Source: an uncultured Planctomycetales bacterium
GTDB taxonomy: Bacteria > Omnitrophota > Gorgyraeia > Zapsychrales > Fredricksoniimonadaceae
DNA length: 64,000 nucleotides
Direction of reading: 5' to 3'
Assembly (NCBI GenBank): GCA_964520655.1
Contig: CAZFNI010000003.1
Coordinates: forward strand, 6,220 to 70,219
Within the stretch, counting starts at the first letter, position 1; each line of letters starts with the position of its first letter. A program made the translations under genes and the position numbers. The notes below the pieces were generated by a model. That model did no database searches and was not told the origin of the DNA. It saw only the letters and a list, made by a program, of their open reading frames with translations. Below, one piece after another: positions 45,859 through 54,922 of this stretch.

Positions 45859-47661
45859 ATGAAACACGGCATTATACATTTTTATAAAAAGCTCGTTGTT
45901 TGCACAGTGTTTGCAGGGATGGTTGGTTTAGCAGGATATGTGAAGGCCGCCGCACCCGATGTCAAGAAGGGCCCCATGCATAAAGGCGGCGTGGCAGGAG
46001 AAGCCCAGGACAGGATCATCGTTAAGTTCAAGTTAAAAGCAAACCAGGCCGCTCAAGATGCGGTGATGGCGCGCCATCATTTAAATAAAGGCAAAGAGAT
46101 CAAACAGATCGGCGCGCATATCGTGTCAATATCCGCGGACGATACGCCTCAGGAAGTCGTTGACCGTATAAAAGCAAACGAGAAAGAGGCGGTCGAATAC
46201 GCAGAGCCGGATGCTTTGGTTGAGCCAAGCTATATTCCTAATGATCCATATTGGAACAGCGAATGGCACATGAAGAATATCAATGCGGCAACGGCCTGGG
46301 ACAGCACAAAAGGCAGCGGGATCATTGTGGCGATCCTCGATACTGGGACGGATTGCACGCATCCGGATCTTGCGGCCAATTGCGTGCCCGGTTGGAATGT
46401 GGTAAGCAATAACAGCGATTCCAGCGATGTCCAGGGGCATGGAACAATGACAGCAGGGACGGTCGCTGCCATCGGTGATAATGGGGCTGGCGTCGTCGGG
46501 GTTGCCTATCAGGCGAAAGTCATGCCTATTCGGATCACCAATGATACGGCCGGTTACGCCTATTGGTCGGATATCACCAATGGAATATTGTACGCGGCTG
46601 ACCACGGAGCGCGGGTCGCCTCCAACAGTTACGCGAGTTCTGGTTCGTCTTCCATCCAAAGCGCGGCGCGTTATCTAAGGAACAAAGGCGGTATCTTTGT
46701 CGCGTCTGCCGGAAACACCGGCGCGGTCGACACAACTTCCAACGCTGCCGACGTGATCACGGTCAGCGCGACCGACAGCGCGGATGCCCGTACCAGCTGG
46801 TCAACATTCGGTCCTGTGGTGGATGTTTCAGCCCCGGGGTTGGGTATTTATACAACGCTTCGGGGAGGCAGTTACGGGGCAGTGTCTGGAACATCATTCT
46901 CTTGTCCTATCACGGCGGCCACGATCGCGCTTGAGTTTACGGCCAATCCGGCATTGACAGCGGCACAAGCAGAGAGCATTTTGTTCTCAACAGTCAAGGA
47001 TATCGGTGATCCGGGTTGGGACCAATATTATGGTTGGGGACGAGTGGACAGCGCGGCAGCCGTTTTGGCGGCAGTATCAACCAGCGGAACAAGGGACACG
47101 ATGGCTCCGTCAGCACCGACAAATCTCCGCGGCAATTCACCCGACAGTTCCAGGATCAATATCGCTTGGGACACGGCGGTGGATAATGTGGGCGTGGCTG
47201 GGTATCAGGTTTTCCGCAATGGGGTTTTGATCGCCAGCACTTCCGCAGCGGTGTTGGGTTACACGGATACGGCTGTGGCCGGAGGAATGGCTTATGATTA
47301 TAGTGTTAAAGCATTCGATGGCGCGGGCAATGTGTCCGCGTCAAGCAATAGCGCCACAGTGACGGCCTCAACGCTTGTGATCGTCACCATCTTCTCCTAC
47401 GCGGTGACAAGCAAGAGCGCTTTATCCGCTGCGGTCGCGGTCAGTACGAATGTTCCGTCCTATGCCGAGGTGTATTACGGGACCAGTTCAGGCAGTCTGA
47501 CAAGCATGGCGACGGACGCCGTGCTGTCGGCTAATCATAATATCGTAATGAGCGGCTTAAAGGCCAGTACAAAGTATTTTTATCAAGTCCGGGTGCGTAA
47601 CAGCGACGGCACATCCAGCGCCAACACACCGGTGTCCAATTTCAGGACCCTGCGGAAATAA
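45859..47661 (+). CDS. Secreted subtilisin-like serine protease (peptidase S8) with N-terminal I9 propeptide and C-terminal FN3-like domains
   Basis: Catalytic triad contexts 'IAILDTGTD', 'HGTMTAGTVAA', 'GTSFSCP'; signal peptide; C-terminal Ig/FN3-like repeats. Confidence 0.8.
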   Translation: MKHGIIHFYKKLVVCTVFAGMVGLAGYVKAAAPDVKKGPMHKGGVAGEAQDRIIVKFKLKANQAAQDAVMARHHLNKGKEIKQIGAHIVSISADDTPQEVVDRIKANEKEAVEYAEPDALVEPSYIPNDPYWNSEWHMKNINAATAWDSTKGSGIIVAILDTGTDCTHPDLAANCVPGWNVVSNNSDSSDVQGHGTMTAGTVAAIGDNGAGVVGVAYQAKVMPIRITNDTAGYAYWSDITNGILYAADHGARVASNSYASSGSSSIQSAARYLRNKGGIFVASAGNTGAVDTTSNAADVITVSATDSADARTSWSTFGPVVDVSAPGLGIYTTLRGGSYGAVSGTSFSCPITAATIALEFTANPALTAAQAESILFSTVKDIGDPGWDQYYGWGRVDSAAAVLAAVSTSGTRDTMAPSAPTNLRGNSPDSSRINIAWDTAVDNVGVAGYQVFRNGVLIASTSAAVLGYTDTAVAGGMAYDYSVKAFDGAGNVSASSNSATVTASTLVIVTIFSYAVTSKSALSAAVAVSTNVPSYAEVYYGTSSGSLTSMATDAVLSANHNIVMSGLKASTKYFYQVRVRNSDGTSSANTPVSNFRTLRK

Positions 47662-47687
47662 GGGTTCGTTGATCGTAGTAGCCATGA

Positions 47688-47727
47688 AAAGCACCTAGGG
47701 ATTTTTCTAGGTGCTTTGTTTTTGTTG
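47688..47727 (+). terminator. Rho-independent terminator after the subtilase gene
   Basis: 11-bp stem AAAGCACCTAG/CTAGGTGCTTT, 8-nt loop, then GTTTTTGTTGG. Confidence 0.65.
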
Positions 47728-47758
47728 GTATATAATCTCTCAAAACAGGAGGATGTCT

Positions 47759-47911
47759 ATGCGTTCATTATTATTAGGATCATTGTGTTGTGTTCTTTTA
47801 TTAACGTTTGGCGCCTGCAGTACGGTGAAAGGTTTGGGCGATGATATCTCCACCGTCGGCCACTGGTTCGTGAAAGGTTCCGATAAGGTCAAGAACGCCG
47901 AAGCTAAGTAA
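47759..47911 (+). CDS. Entericidin (EcnA/EcnB)-family small lipoprotein
   Basis: 'LLLTFGACSTVKGLGDDISTVGHWF' lipobox + 'T(V/A)(K/R)G(L/F)G(E/D)DI' entericidin signature; SD 'aggagg' upstream (the ORF-track start at 47711 is upstream). Confidence 0.5.
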   Translation: MRSLLLGSLCCVLLLTFGACSTVKGLGDDISTVGHWFVKGSDKVKNAEAK

Positions 47912-47955
47912 AACAATGGCCGTAAGGGACATAATGTTGTACACTTGGAAACCTT

Positions 47956-49851
47956 ATGGCACTCATTAGCATCCAAGACATCTCTTTGGCCTTTGGAGGC
48001 CCCAGCATTTTCGAGAATTTAAGTTTACAGCTGGAGCCGGGCGAACGCGTGGCTTTGCTCGGCCGCAACGGTGCGGGCAAAACTACGCTCATGAAGGTCA
48101 TGACCGGCCAGGTCGAGATCGACCGCGGCGAGGTCATTTATCAAAAAGGGGTGAAGGTCACCCATCTGCCTCAAGAAGTTCCCAAAGACATCAACGGCAC
48201 GGTGTTCGATCTGGTGTTTGAGGGTTTAGGCGAACGCGCCAAACTCTTAAGCGATTATCATCATGTTGTCCATCGTTTGCATACCGAACATACCCCTGAA
48301 TTGATGCGCGAGTTAGACCGCATCCAGTCGCTGCTCAATAACAGCGACGGGTGGGATCTGGAAGCAGAAGTCGAATATGTCCTGACCCAGATGAAGTTAG
48401 ACGGGGAGGCCGAATTCGAAAAGCTCTCTGGCGGGCAGAAACGCCGGGCGCTGCTGGCCAAAGCGCTGGTGATCAAACCGGAAATATTGCTGTTAGATGA
48501 GCCGACTAACCATTTAGACATTGATACCATCAACTGGCTGGAAGGTTTCTTGAAAGATTATCCCGGCACATTGTTCTTTGTGACGCACGACAGGATGTTC
48601 ATGACCCATTTGGCGACGCGCATTGTGGAGCTTGACCGAGGCAAGATCTTCTCCTGGACGTGTGATTACAAAACATTTTTAGAGCGTAAACAAATGGCGC
48701 TGGAGAATGAAAGCGTCCAGCGCGCGGAATTTGATAAACGTCTTGCTGAGGAAGAGGTGTGGATACGCAAGGGGGTCAAGGCCCGCCGCGCCCGCAATGA
48801 AGGCAGGGTCAAGGCGCTTGAGCGTATGCGTGAGGCCAAGAAAGCCCAGCGCCAGTTGACCGGCCAGGCCAAGATCGTCGCCCAGGAAGCGGAATCATCC
48901 GGTCATCTGGTCATCAAAGCGGCGCATTTGGGTTTTAGCTACGGCGAGAACTGCATCATTCGTGATTTTTCCACCCAGATCATGCGCGGGGATAAGATCG
49001 GGGTCATCGGCGCGAACGGATCCGGCAAGACGACTTTGCTGCAGATATTGCTAGGCAAGCTGGCCCCGCAAAAAGGCAAAGTCCGCCTGGGAACAAATTT
49101 GGAGGTCGCCTACTCGGACCAGCTGCGCGAGCAGTTGGAAGAGGAGCGGACGGTCATTGAGAATGTGGCCCAAGGTTCGGATACGGTCATGATCAACGGC
49201 AAGCCGCGTCATATCATCGGTTATCTGGATGATTTTTTATTCACTCCTGACCGGGCACGCACACCGGTCAAGGTATTATCCGGCGGGGAGCGCAACCGTC
49301 TGTTCTTAGCGCGGTTGTTCACCAAGCCGTCCAATTTTCTGATCATGGACGAACCGACCAATGATCTTGATATCGAGACGCAGGAGCTCTTGGAAGAATT
49401 GCTCATGGAATATTCCGGGACGCTTATTTTAGTCAGCCACGACCGGGCGTTCTTGAATAATGTTGTCACTTCCACGATCGTGCTTGAAGGCAAAGGCGAG
49501 GTGTATGAGTATCCCGGCGGATATGATGACTGGCTTGCCCAGCGCCCGCAGCCCGTAAAGGTTTCTGCTGTAAAAACTAAAGAAGATAAGACCGCCGAGA
49601 AATTAGCAAAACCGATCGCCAAGCGGAAATTGTCGTTTAAAGAACAGGCAGAACTGGATGCTTTGCCTCAAAAGATCGAAGCCTTAGAAGCTGAACAAGA
49701 AAAGCTCTTTGCCCTTTTTGCCGACCTTAGTTTTTATCAGCGTGATCCTAAAGAAGTTGCTGCCACACAAGCGCGTGCCGACGAGGTCTCCGACCTGCTG
49801 CTTAAAGGATATCAGCGCTGGGAATATCTCGAAGCCTCTCAGGCGGAATAG
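47956..49851 (+). CDS. uup: ABC-F family ATPase (Uup-like, two ABC domains + C-terminal coiled coil)
   Basis: Two Walker A sites (GRNGAGKTT, GANGSGKTT), two signature motifs (LSGGQKRR, LSGGERNR), and a C-terminal charged coiled-coil region. Confidence 0.8.
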   Translation: MALISIQDISLAFGGPSIFENLSLQLEPGERVALLGRNGAGKTTLMKVMTGQVEIDRGEVIYQKGVKVTHLPQEVPKDINGTVFDLVFEGLGERAKLLSDYHHVVHRLHTEHTPELMRELDRIQSLLNNSDGWDLEAEVEYVLTQMKLDGEAEFEKLSGGQKRRALLAKALVIKPEILLLDEPTNHLDIDTINWLEGFLKDYPGTLFFVTHDRMFMTHLATRIVELDRGKIFSWTCDYKTFLERKQMALENESVQRAEFDKRLAEEEVWIRKGVKARRARNEGRVKALERMREAKKAQRQLTGQAKIVAQEAESSGHLVIKAAHLGFSYGENCIIRDFSTQIMRGDKIGVIGANGSGKTTLLQILLGKLAPQKGKVRLGTNLEVAYSDQLREQLEEERTVIENVAQGSDTVMINGKPRHIIGYLDDFLFTPDRARTPVKVLSGGERNRLFLARLFTKPSNFLIMDEPTNDLDIETQELLEELLMEYSGTLILVSHDRAFLNNVVTSTIVLEGKGEVYEYPGGYDDWLAQRPQPVKVSAVKTKEDKTAEKLAKPIAKRKLSFKEQAELDALPQKIEALEAEQEKLFALFADLSFYQRDPKEVAATQARADEVSDLLLKGYQRWEYLEASQAE

Positions 49852-49860
49852 CGTCCAGGG

Positions 49861-50029
49861 AGACGGTCAGGGCAAGTTCGTTCATCGCTGCACCCCCCTA
49901 ACCCCCGCAACACATGCACGAGTTTGATAACAACGGTGGTTGCTTTACGAAAATCGAGTTGGTTCGTATTCAAAGGTGCCGCATGTGACGGGGGATGTTC
50001 CGCTCTTCACGAACTTGCCCTGACCGTCT
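49861..50029. repeat. 21-bp perfect inverted repeat (AGACGGTCAGGGCAAGTTCGT / ACGAACTTGCCCTGACCGTCT) flanking a 127-nt structured spacer in a 418-bp intergenic region
   Basis: Arms at 49861-49881 and 50009-50029; nested shorter inverted repeats inside (CACATGC/GCATGTG, CACCCCCC/CGGGGG); lies between convergent genes. Confidence 0.45.
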
Positions 50030-50269
50030 TGCACACATTCGTTTTTGTGGGTCATTTGTTGTGCATGCATACGGGTGGCACCGATATGTTTGTTCTGACC
50101 GCAGTGTCAGGGGAAATTTAGGCTTTATTTTATGCTACCCCACAGGGGGATGGGTGACACGAGGACGGAACAAACATGTCGGTGACAGGACCCGTTTCAT
50201 GGCAATTTTGTCGACAGATAGTGAGGGAGCGATGAACGAAGCTTGGCCTGATCGTCTCATGCCAGATAT

Positions 50270-51511
50270 TTATTTGAACAAGAGATAACAGATGATGGCG
50301 CCGGCGGCGGACATGAACAGTCCAAAGACCAGCAAATTGCGGAATAATTTATCCTTGTCCTCGTGCAAGGCGCTGGCCAGGCATAAAGCTCCCAGCGACG
50401 ACAATGGGCTAATATCTACCAAATGAGCGCCGACATTGATCGAAGAAACGATGGCCACGGGATTTCCGCCGCCGATCTTGGCCACAAGATCGGGAACAAG
50501 CGGGATAAATGTCGGTAAGACCACGCCCGATGAACTGGAGAATGCGGAAATGACCCCTGTGGTCAACGCGGTGACCGCGGTCACGTTCTGCGGTGTTGAG
50601 ACTTTTGCCAGAAGGTCGGTCAATAAATCAAGTCCGCCGACCTGTTCCAGGATACCGATCAGGGTATTGACCCCGCAGACCATCAGGATCGTGTTCCAGG
50701 GAATGAGCTTGACCGCTTCCTTGCTTTCCGTGATGTTAAACAGCGCCAGCAAACTGCCCAGCGTCAGGGCCAGAAGTCCTATGTCAAATTTAAAGATAAC
50801 TGTCCCAGCCAGCAATAGGAGGATGGCAGCAAAAGTGATCTTCTGCGAGAAACTCCATGAAAGGTCATGTGTTGCCGCTGTTGCTTCTGGCGGGGGGGCG
50901 TGTTTGCGGTGGTCCTTTAAACGTTTAAAGAAAAAAAGGTAACACATTAATGCCAACAGGCTTTGTGCCGCGAGATTTGGCCAATAGATCTGCATCCATG
51001 GATCAAGGGTTAATCCGGATCTTTGGGTCAATCCATTGGCGATGATGCCGGTCAAAGAGAAGGGTGAGAATGTTCCCGCGTTAGCCCCGCAGATCAAAAT
51101 GATGGTCATGAAAAAACCGCCGATGCCGGTTTCCCAGGCGACCGACATCGCGATGGGCGCAAGCAGGGCGACGGTGGCGATATTGCCCGCACCGATGGTC
51201 GAGAGTATCAGGGCCAGGGCAAAGAATAACAGCGGCAGATGTTTGGGTTTATCTTTAAAGATGAAGAGCGCGGCCCGGGTCAGTTTTTCCAGCGTCCCGT
51301 TATGTTTGGCCATGGAGAACAAGTAGGTGACCCCGACGAGGATAATGAATAGATACGTTGGGAATCCGGCGATGATCGCCTCCATGCGCATACGCGCCCC
51401 CCAGGTGCCGAGTATCCAGGCCAGCCCAAGGCTCAACAGTCCGGGATTGATCTTGGTAAAACAGCTTAAGGCAATGACCGCGGCCAGCGCCGCTAAGGAC
51501 AATATTTCCAT
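50270..51511 (-). CDS. Ion-transporter-superfamily permease (ArsB/NhaD/DASS/CitMHS-like; substrate unknown)
   Basis: About 12 TM helices with two-repeat organisation and Gly-rich re-entrant loops; only minus-strand gene besides the rSAM. Confidence 0.5.
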   Translation of the reverse strand: MEILSLAALAAVIALSCFTKINPGLLSLGLAWILGTWGARMRMEAIIAGFPTYLFIILVGVTYLFSMAKHNGTLEKLTRAALFIFKDKPKHLPLLFFALALILSTIGAGNIATVALLAPIAMSVAWETGIGGFFMTIILICGANAGTFSPFSLTGIIANGLTQRSGLTLDPWMQIYWPNLAAQSLLALMCYLFFFKRLKDHRKHAPPPEATAATHDLSWSFSQKITFAAILLLLAGTVIFKFDIGLLALTLGSLLALFNITESKEAVKLIPWNTILMVCGVNTLIGILEQVGGLDLLTDLLAKVSTPQNVTAVTALTTGVISAFSSSSGVVLPTFIPLVPDLVAKIGGGNPVAIVSSINVGAHLVDISPLSSLGALCLASALHEDKDKLFRNLLVFGLFMSAAGAIICYLLFK

Positions 51512-51605
51512 GCCGTTATTTTAGATCATAAAGAGCTCCAATCAAAGGATAAATATCGCCAGAAATTCTTTGAATAGGGGCTGATCCTTTGTTACGCTTA
51601 GATCG

Positions 51606-52619
51606 ATGAGAGCGATCATGTTGACATGTTGCGGAGTATTTCTAGGCGCCATAACAGCGATGGCTGCGGCCTGTTCGACGACGGTGATCACTTCTGGTAC
51701 CAATACCATTGAATTTTGTACCGATACATCGGCCACGACCTGGACAGTGCCAAGCGGAGTGACGTCTATTCAAGTGGAAGCCATTGGCGGTGGCGGCGGT
51801 GGTGGTGAGTATGGCGGGACGGGCGGCGGGGGTGGAGCGTACACTGTCTTAAGCGGGATCAGTGTCACGGCAGGGGCGTCTGTTAATATTGCGGTCGGCA
51901 GTGCTGGGGCCGGAGGGGTGAATGGGGTTTCTGGCGCAACGGCGGGAGGGGATACAACATTTAATACGACGGTCGTGGTGGCAAAAGGAGGCGCAGCAGG
52001 TATAGGAGCCCATGATGCGGCTGTTGCCGGCGGTGCGGCCGCCAGTTGTACACCAGCAGGTGCGGCTTATTCCGGAGGTAACGGCGGTGGCGGGAACGGC
52101 AATCAGCGTGCCGGCGGCGGAGGTGGTGGTGCGGCAGGCCCTCTTGGGGCCGGCGGCGCGGGAGCTAGCGGTTCTGTTTGGTATCCTGGCGGCGGTGGTG
52201 GCGGTTCCAGCGGCGGTACGGCCGGCGTCACTGAAAGCACGGGCGGAAACAATGATGCGGGAGCCGGGGCGGGGAGTTTTCCGGGTGGGGCAGGGTCCAG
52301 TTCTTTAACGCACAGTGCCGGCGGCGGTGGAGCCGGACAACCTTTTGTTATTGGAGGGACGGGCGGCAGCGGCCAGGAATGGGATGCTACTCATGGATCT
52401 GGCGGCGGCGCTGGCGGCGGTTCTGGTACGGATGGATCCGGTGAATCGAATGGCGGGGCAGCCGGTAATTATGGCGGCGGTGGTGGCGGCGGTGGATATG
52501 CCAGAAATGGAGGTAATGGTTCTTCCGGGATCCTTGTCATTACCTATGCGACACCGCCGAGCGCGCATCATGTTAAATTCGGCAGCGGCCGTTTCACCAA
52601 TATCCATTTCGGACGTTGA
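51606..52619 (+). CDS. Secreted glycine-rich repeat protein (Gly_rich-family-like)
   Basis: Signal peptide; 'TWTVPSGVTSIQVEAIGGGGGGGEYGGTGGGGGAYT...' with multiple poly-Gly blocks; ends '...SGILVITYATPP'. Confidence 0.5.
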   Translation: MRAIMLTCCGVFLGAITAMAAACSTTVITSGTNTIEFCTDTSATTWTVPSGVTSIQVEAIGGGGGGGEYGGTGGGGGAYTVLSGISVTAGASVNIAVGSAGAGGVNGVSGATAGGDTTFNTTVVVAKGGAAGIGAHDAAVAGGAAASCTPAGAAYSGGNGGGGNGNQRAGGGGGGAAGPLGAGGAGASGSVWYPGGGGGGSSGGTAGVTESTGGNNDAGAGAGSFPGGAGSSSLTHSAGGGGAGQPFVIGGTGGSGQEWDATHGSGGGAGGGSGTDGSGESNGGAAGNYGGGGGGGGYARNGGNGSSGILVITYATPPSAHHVKFGSGRFTNIHFGR

Positions 52620-52702
52620 ACAATATTTGGAAAAACAATTCTTTTGTGCTAGAGTATACCCAATTTGTATAAACCATTGCGTTTAACCCAAAGGATGTTC
52701 CG

Positions 52703-53161
52703 ATGAAAAAAATCACTTTAGCTCTTCTTCTTGCTGTCCTGCTGCCTTTATCCGCTCATGCCCAATTCGGGAATATGCTCAATAATCTTAAAAACAGCGC
52801 CGGCCTGAACTCTTCCAACAGTATCCAGGATGTGATCACCAAGGCACAGGGTTTGGCGGCGTTGTTCGCCAATATGCCGTTGACAACAGGCAAGATCGAT
52901 CTGGCCAAAGCAGCATTGCCGTTATTGACCCAGGCTTTAACAGCCAGCAAGGAGCCGACCGGCGCGGCAAAAGTATTAGGAACATTAGACCAGGTCAAAG
53001 GATTGTTCGCTCAAAAATGGAATACCGCACCCGTGGCCCCCGCACAGGTGACCCAGGCCAATGATCTGATGCAGAAATTCTCTTCAGCCTTGTCGGGGAT
53101 CGTAGCCAATGAAGGCAGTGTGCTCAAGAACCTGCTGACTAAGCCGCAGCCCGCTAAATAA
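52703..53161 (+). CDS. Periplasmic hypothetical protein (Ala/Leu-rich helical)
   Basis: Signal peptide 'MKKITLALLLAVLLPLSAHA'; no recognisable motif. Confidence 0.4.
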   Translation: MKKITLALLLAVLLPLSAHAQFGNMLNNLKNSAGLNSSNSIQDVITKAQGLAALFANMPLTTGKIDLAKAALPLLTQALTASKEPTGAAKVLGTLDQVKGLFAQKWNTAPVAPAQVTQANDLMQKFSSALSGIVANEGSVLKNLLTKPQPAK

Positions 53162-53189
53162 TGCTGGGAAATCGAAAGTTATAATCTTT

Positions 53190-53350
53190 GTTGACAAACG
53201 CGGAAACTTAGTGCATACTTGTCAACAGAAGTAAAGGGTTTCAAAGTGACTTAAAGCCGCAAAGGACAAGAGCGCTTGCCCTGGCGGCTTTTTAATTGAG
53301 GTCACGCCCTTTATTTCAGAAAAGTATCAATCTTTAAAGGAGAGTGTTTC
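53190..53350 (+). promoter_or_regulatory. cspA promoter and ~130-nt structured 5' leader
   Basis: TTGACA (53191-53196) inside an 8-bp inverted repeat GTTGACAA/TTGTCAAC (53190-53197 / 53219-53226); -10-like CATACT; leader hairpin AAGCCGC...GCGGCTT followed by TTTTAATTG (about 53254-53298); SD AAAGGAGAG. Confidence 0.35.
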
Positions 53351-53551
53351 ATGGTTAAAGGTAAAGTAAAGTGGTTCAATGATCAAAAAGGTTTTGGTTT
53401 TATCACCCCGGAAAACGGTAAAGATGTGTTCGTTCATCACAGCGTTATTCAAGGTGATGGTTACAGATCCTTGAAGGAAGGTCAAGACGTTCAATTCGAG
53501 ATCGTCCAAGGCCCCAAAGGCGAACAAGCCCAAAACGTTGTTAAATTATAA
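53351..53551 (+). CDS. cspA: Cold-shock protein (CspA family)
   Basis: '[31 protein letters not shown]' RNP1/RNP2 motifs; long structured leader; hairpin terminator downstream. Confidence 0.85.
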   Translation: MVKGKVKWFNDQKGFGFITPENGKDVFVHHSVIQGDGYRSLKEGQDVQFEIVQGPKGEQAQNVVKL

Positions 53552-53588
53552 GTCGTTTAAGTACGTCTGTTTTTTAACTAAAACAAAG

Positions 53589-53623
53589 CCCTCCCGGATA
53601 AAACCGTGGAGGGTTTTTGTTTG
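53589..53623 (+). terminator. Rho-independent terminator after cspA
   Basis: Stem CCCTCC(CGG)/(CCG)TGGAGGG followed by TTTTTGTTTG. Confidence 0.6.
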
Positions 53624-53656
53624 TGAAAAATCCTTTTTCAGGTATACTGTCTTCTT

Positions 53657-54523
53657 ATGCCGATACGCTTAAATGATTTTCGCGTACCCCAGGGCCGCAA
53701 CATTGACTTAAAAGAGCGGCCGACCCTAGCCAAGCCTTTCTATCATTCCAAGCAGGATTTCCAGGACATTTTAAGCGGGCACATCGACCAGATGCGCCGT
53801 CTGCAGAACATCCTCTATGCGCATAATCAATATGCCTTGTTGTTGATCTTCCAGGCCATGGACGCGGCAGGCAAGGACAGCGCCATCAAGCATGTGATGT
53901 CCGGGGTCAACCCTCAGGGATGTCAGGTTTATAGTTTCAAGCATCCCAGTCCCGAAGAATTAGACCATGATTTTTTATGGCGGACGACACGGTGCCTGCC
54001 GGAGCGCGGGCGTATCGGGATCTTCAACCGTTCCTATTATGAAGAAGTGCTGGTGGTGCGCGTGCATCCGGAGATCTTAAAAGCGCAGAATATCCCCCAG
54101 GATGAACTGGACCCCAAGACCATTTGGCAGAAACGATACGCGTCGATCGTAGAACTGGAGGCGCATTTGCACCGTAACGGGACCAAGGTTCTCAAGTTTT
54201 TCCTGCATGTTTCCAAAGAGGAGCAGCGCAAACGCTTTTTAAAACGACTGGATGATCCATCGAAGAACTGGAAATTTTCCAGCGCGGATATGAATGAACG
54301 TCATTTCTGGAAAGATTACATGAACGCGTACGCGCAATGCCTGGAGCATACAAGCACCGAAGATTGCCCCTGGTATGTGGTGCCCGCGGATGATAAACCC
54401 AATGCCCAGTTGATCATCTCCCAGGCGATCATTGAGGCAATGGCCAAGCTTCATATGGATTACCCGAAAATGAGCCGGGAACAGCTTAAAGATATCGAAA
54501 CGCTGCGTTCCCAATTGACGTAA
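53657..54523 (+). CDS. Polyphosphate kinase 2 family (polyphosphate:nucleotide phosphotransferase)
   Basis: '[18 protein letters not shown]' Walker A-like PPK2 motif, '[14 protein letters not shown]' lid region. Confidence 0.7.
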   Translation: MPIRLNDFRVPQGRNIDLKERPTLAKPFYHSKQDFQDILSGHIDQMRRLQNILYAHNQYALLLIFQAMDAAGKDSAIKHVMSGVNPQGCQVYSFKHPSPEELDHDFLWRTTRCLPERGRIGIFNRSYYEEVLVVRVHPEILKAQNIPQDELDPKTIWQKRYASIVELEAHLHRNGTKVLKFFLHVSKEEQRKRFLKRLDDPSKNWKFSSADMNERHFWKDYMNAYAQCLEHTSTEDCPWYVVPADDKPNAQLIISQAIIEAMAKLHMDYPKMSREQLKDIETLRSQLT

Positions 54524-54526
54524 CAT

Positions 54527-54916
54527 TTGAGAAAGGACATGATCGTGGATAGACGTGCGACCTGTTTAAACTGCATGGACGGCCGTGTACAGCTTCCGGT
54601 CTTAAACTGGATCATGGGGCATAACCCTGTTGATTTCGTGGACGTGGTCACGGAAGCGGGTATGGATGGCGTTCTGGCCAAGCAACAGGATATTAACGAG
54701 ATCATCCGCAGCATCAATGTCTCGGTCAATCTCAATAAATCCGCCTCGATCTTCATCGTCGGGCATTATGATTGCCGCGGGAATCCCGTGGACGAAGATA
54801 CGCATAAGGCCGAGATCGCTGAGTCGGTTAAACGGCTTAAGGCCCAATGGACGAAAATGCCTATTTCGGGGCTTTGGGTCAACAGCCGCTGGCAGGTGGA
54901 CTTAGTCTGCTCCTAA
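54527..54916 (+). CDS. Short beta-carbonic-anhydrase-like protein (CxDxR ... HxxC motifs), 129 aa
   Basis: 'CLNCMDGRVQ' and 'VGHYDCRGNPV' resemble the zinc-ligand motifs of beta-CAs, but the protein is about 70 aa shorter than typical beta-CAs. Confidence 0.3.
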   Translation: MRKDMIVDRRATCLNCMDGRVQLPVLNWIMGHNPVDFVDVVTEAGMDGVLAKQQDINEIIRSINVSVNLNKSASIFIVGHYDCRGNPVDEDTHKAEIAESVKRLKAQWTKMPISGLWVNSRWQVDLVCS

Positions 54917-54922
54917 AGGGAT

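Noticed and set aside
49924-50288. Two small ORFs (65 and 97 aa) in the 418-bp intergenic region
   Set aside because: No RBS, Cys/Arg-rich odd composition, and they run through the inverted-repeat structure. The region is better explained as structured non-coding DNA.
50436-51524. Plus-strand ORFs (168, 96, 65 aa) within the minus-strand permease gene
   Set aside because: Antisense to a 12-TM transporter with coherent hydrophobicity. The plus-strand ORFs have no features.
52012-52686. Three overlapping ORFs (both strands) inside the glycine-rich gene
   Set aside because: Generated by GGC/GGT-rich repetitive DNA. The frame encoding the signal peptide and Gly_rich-like motifs is the coherent one.
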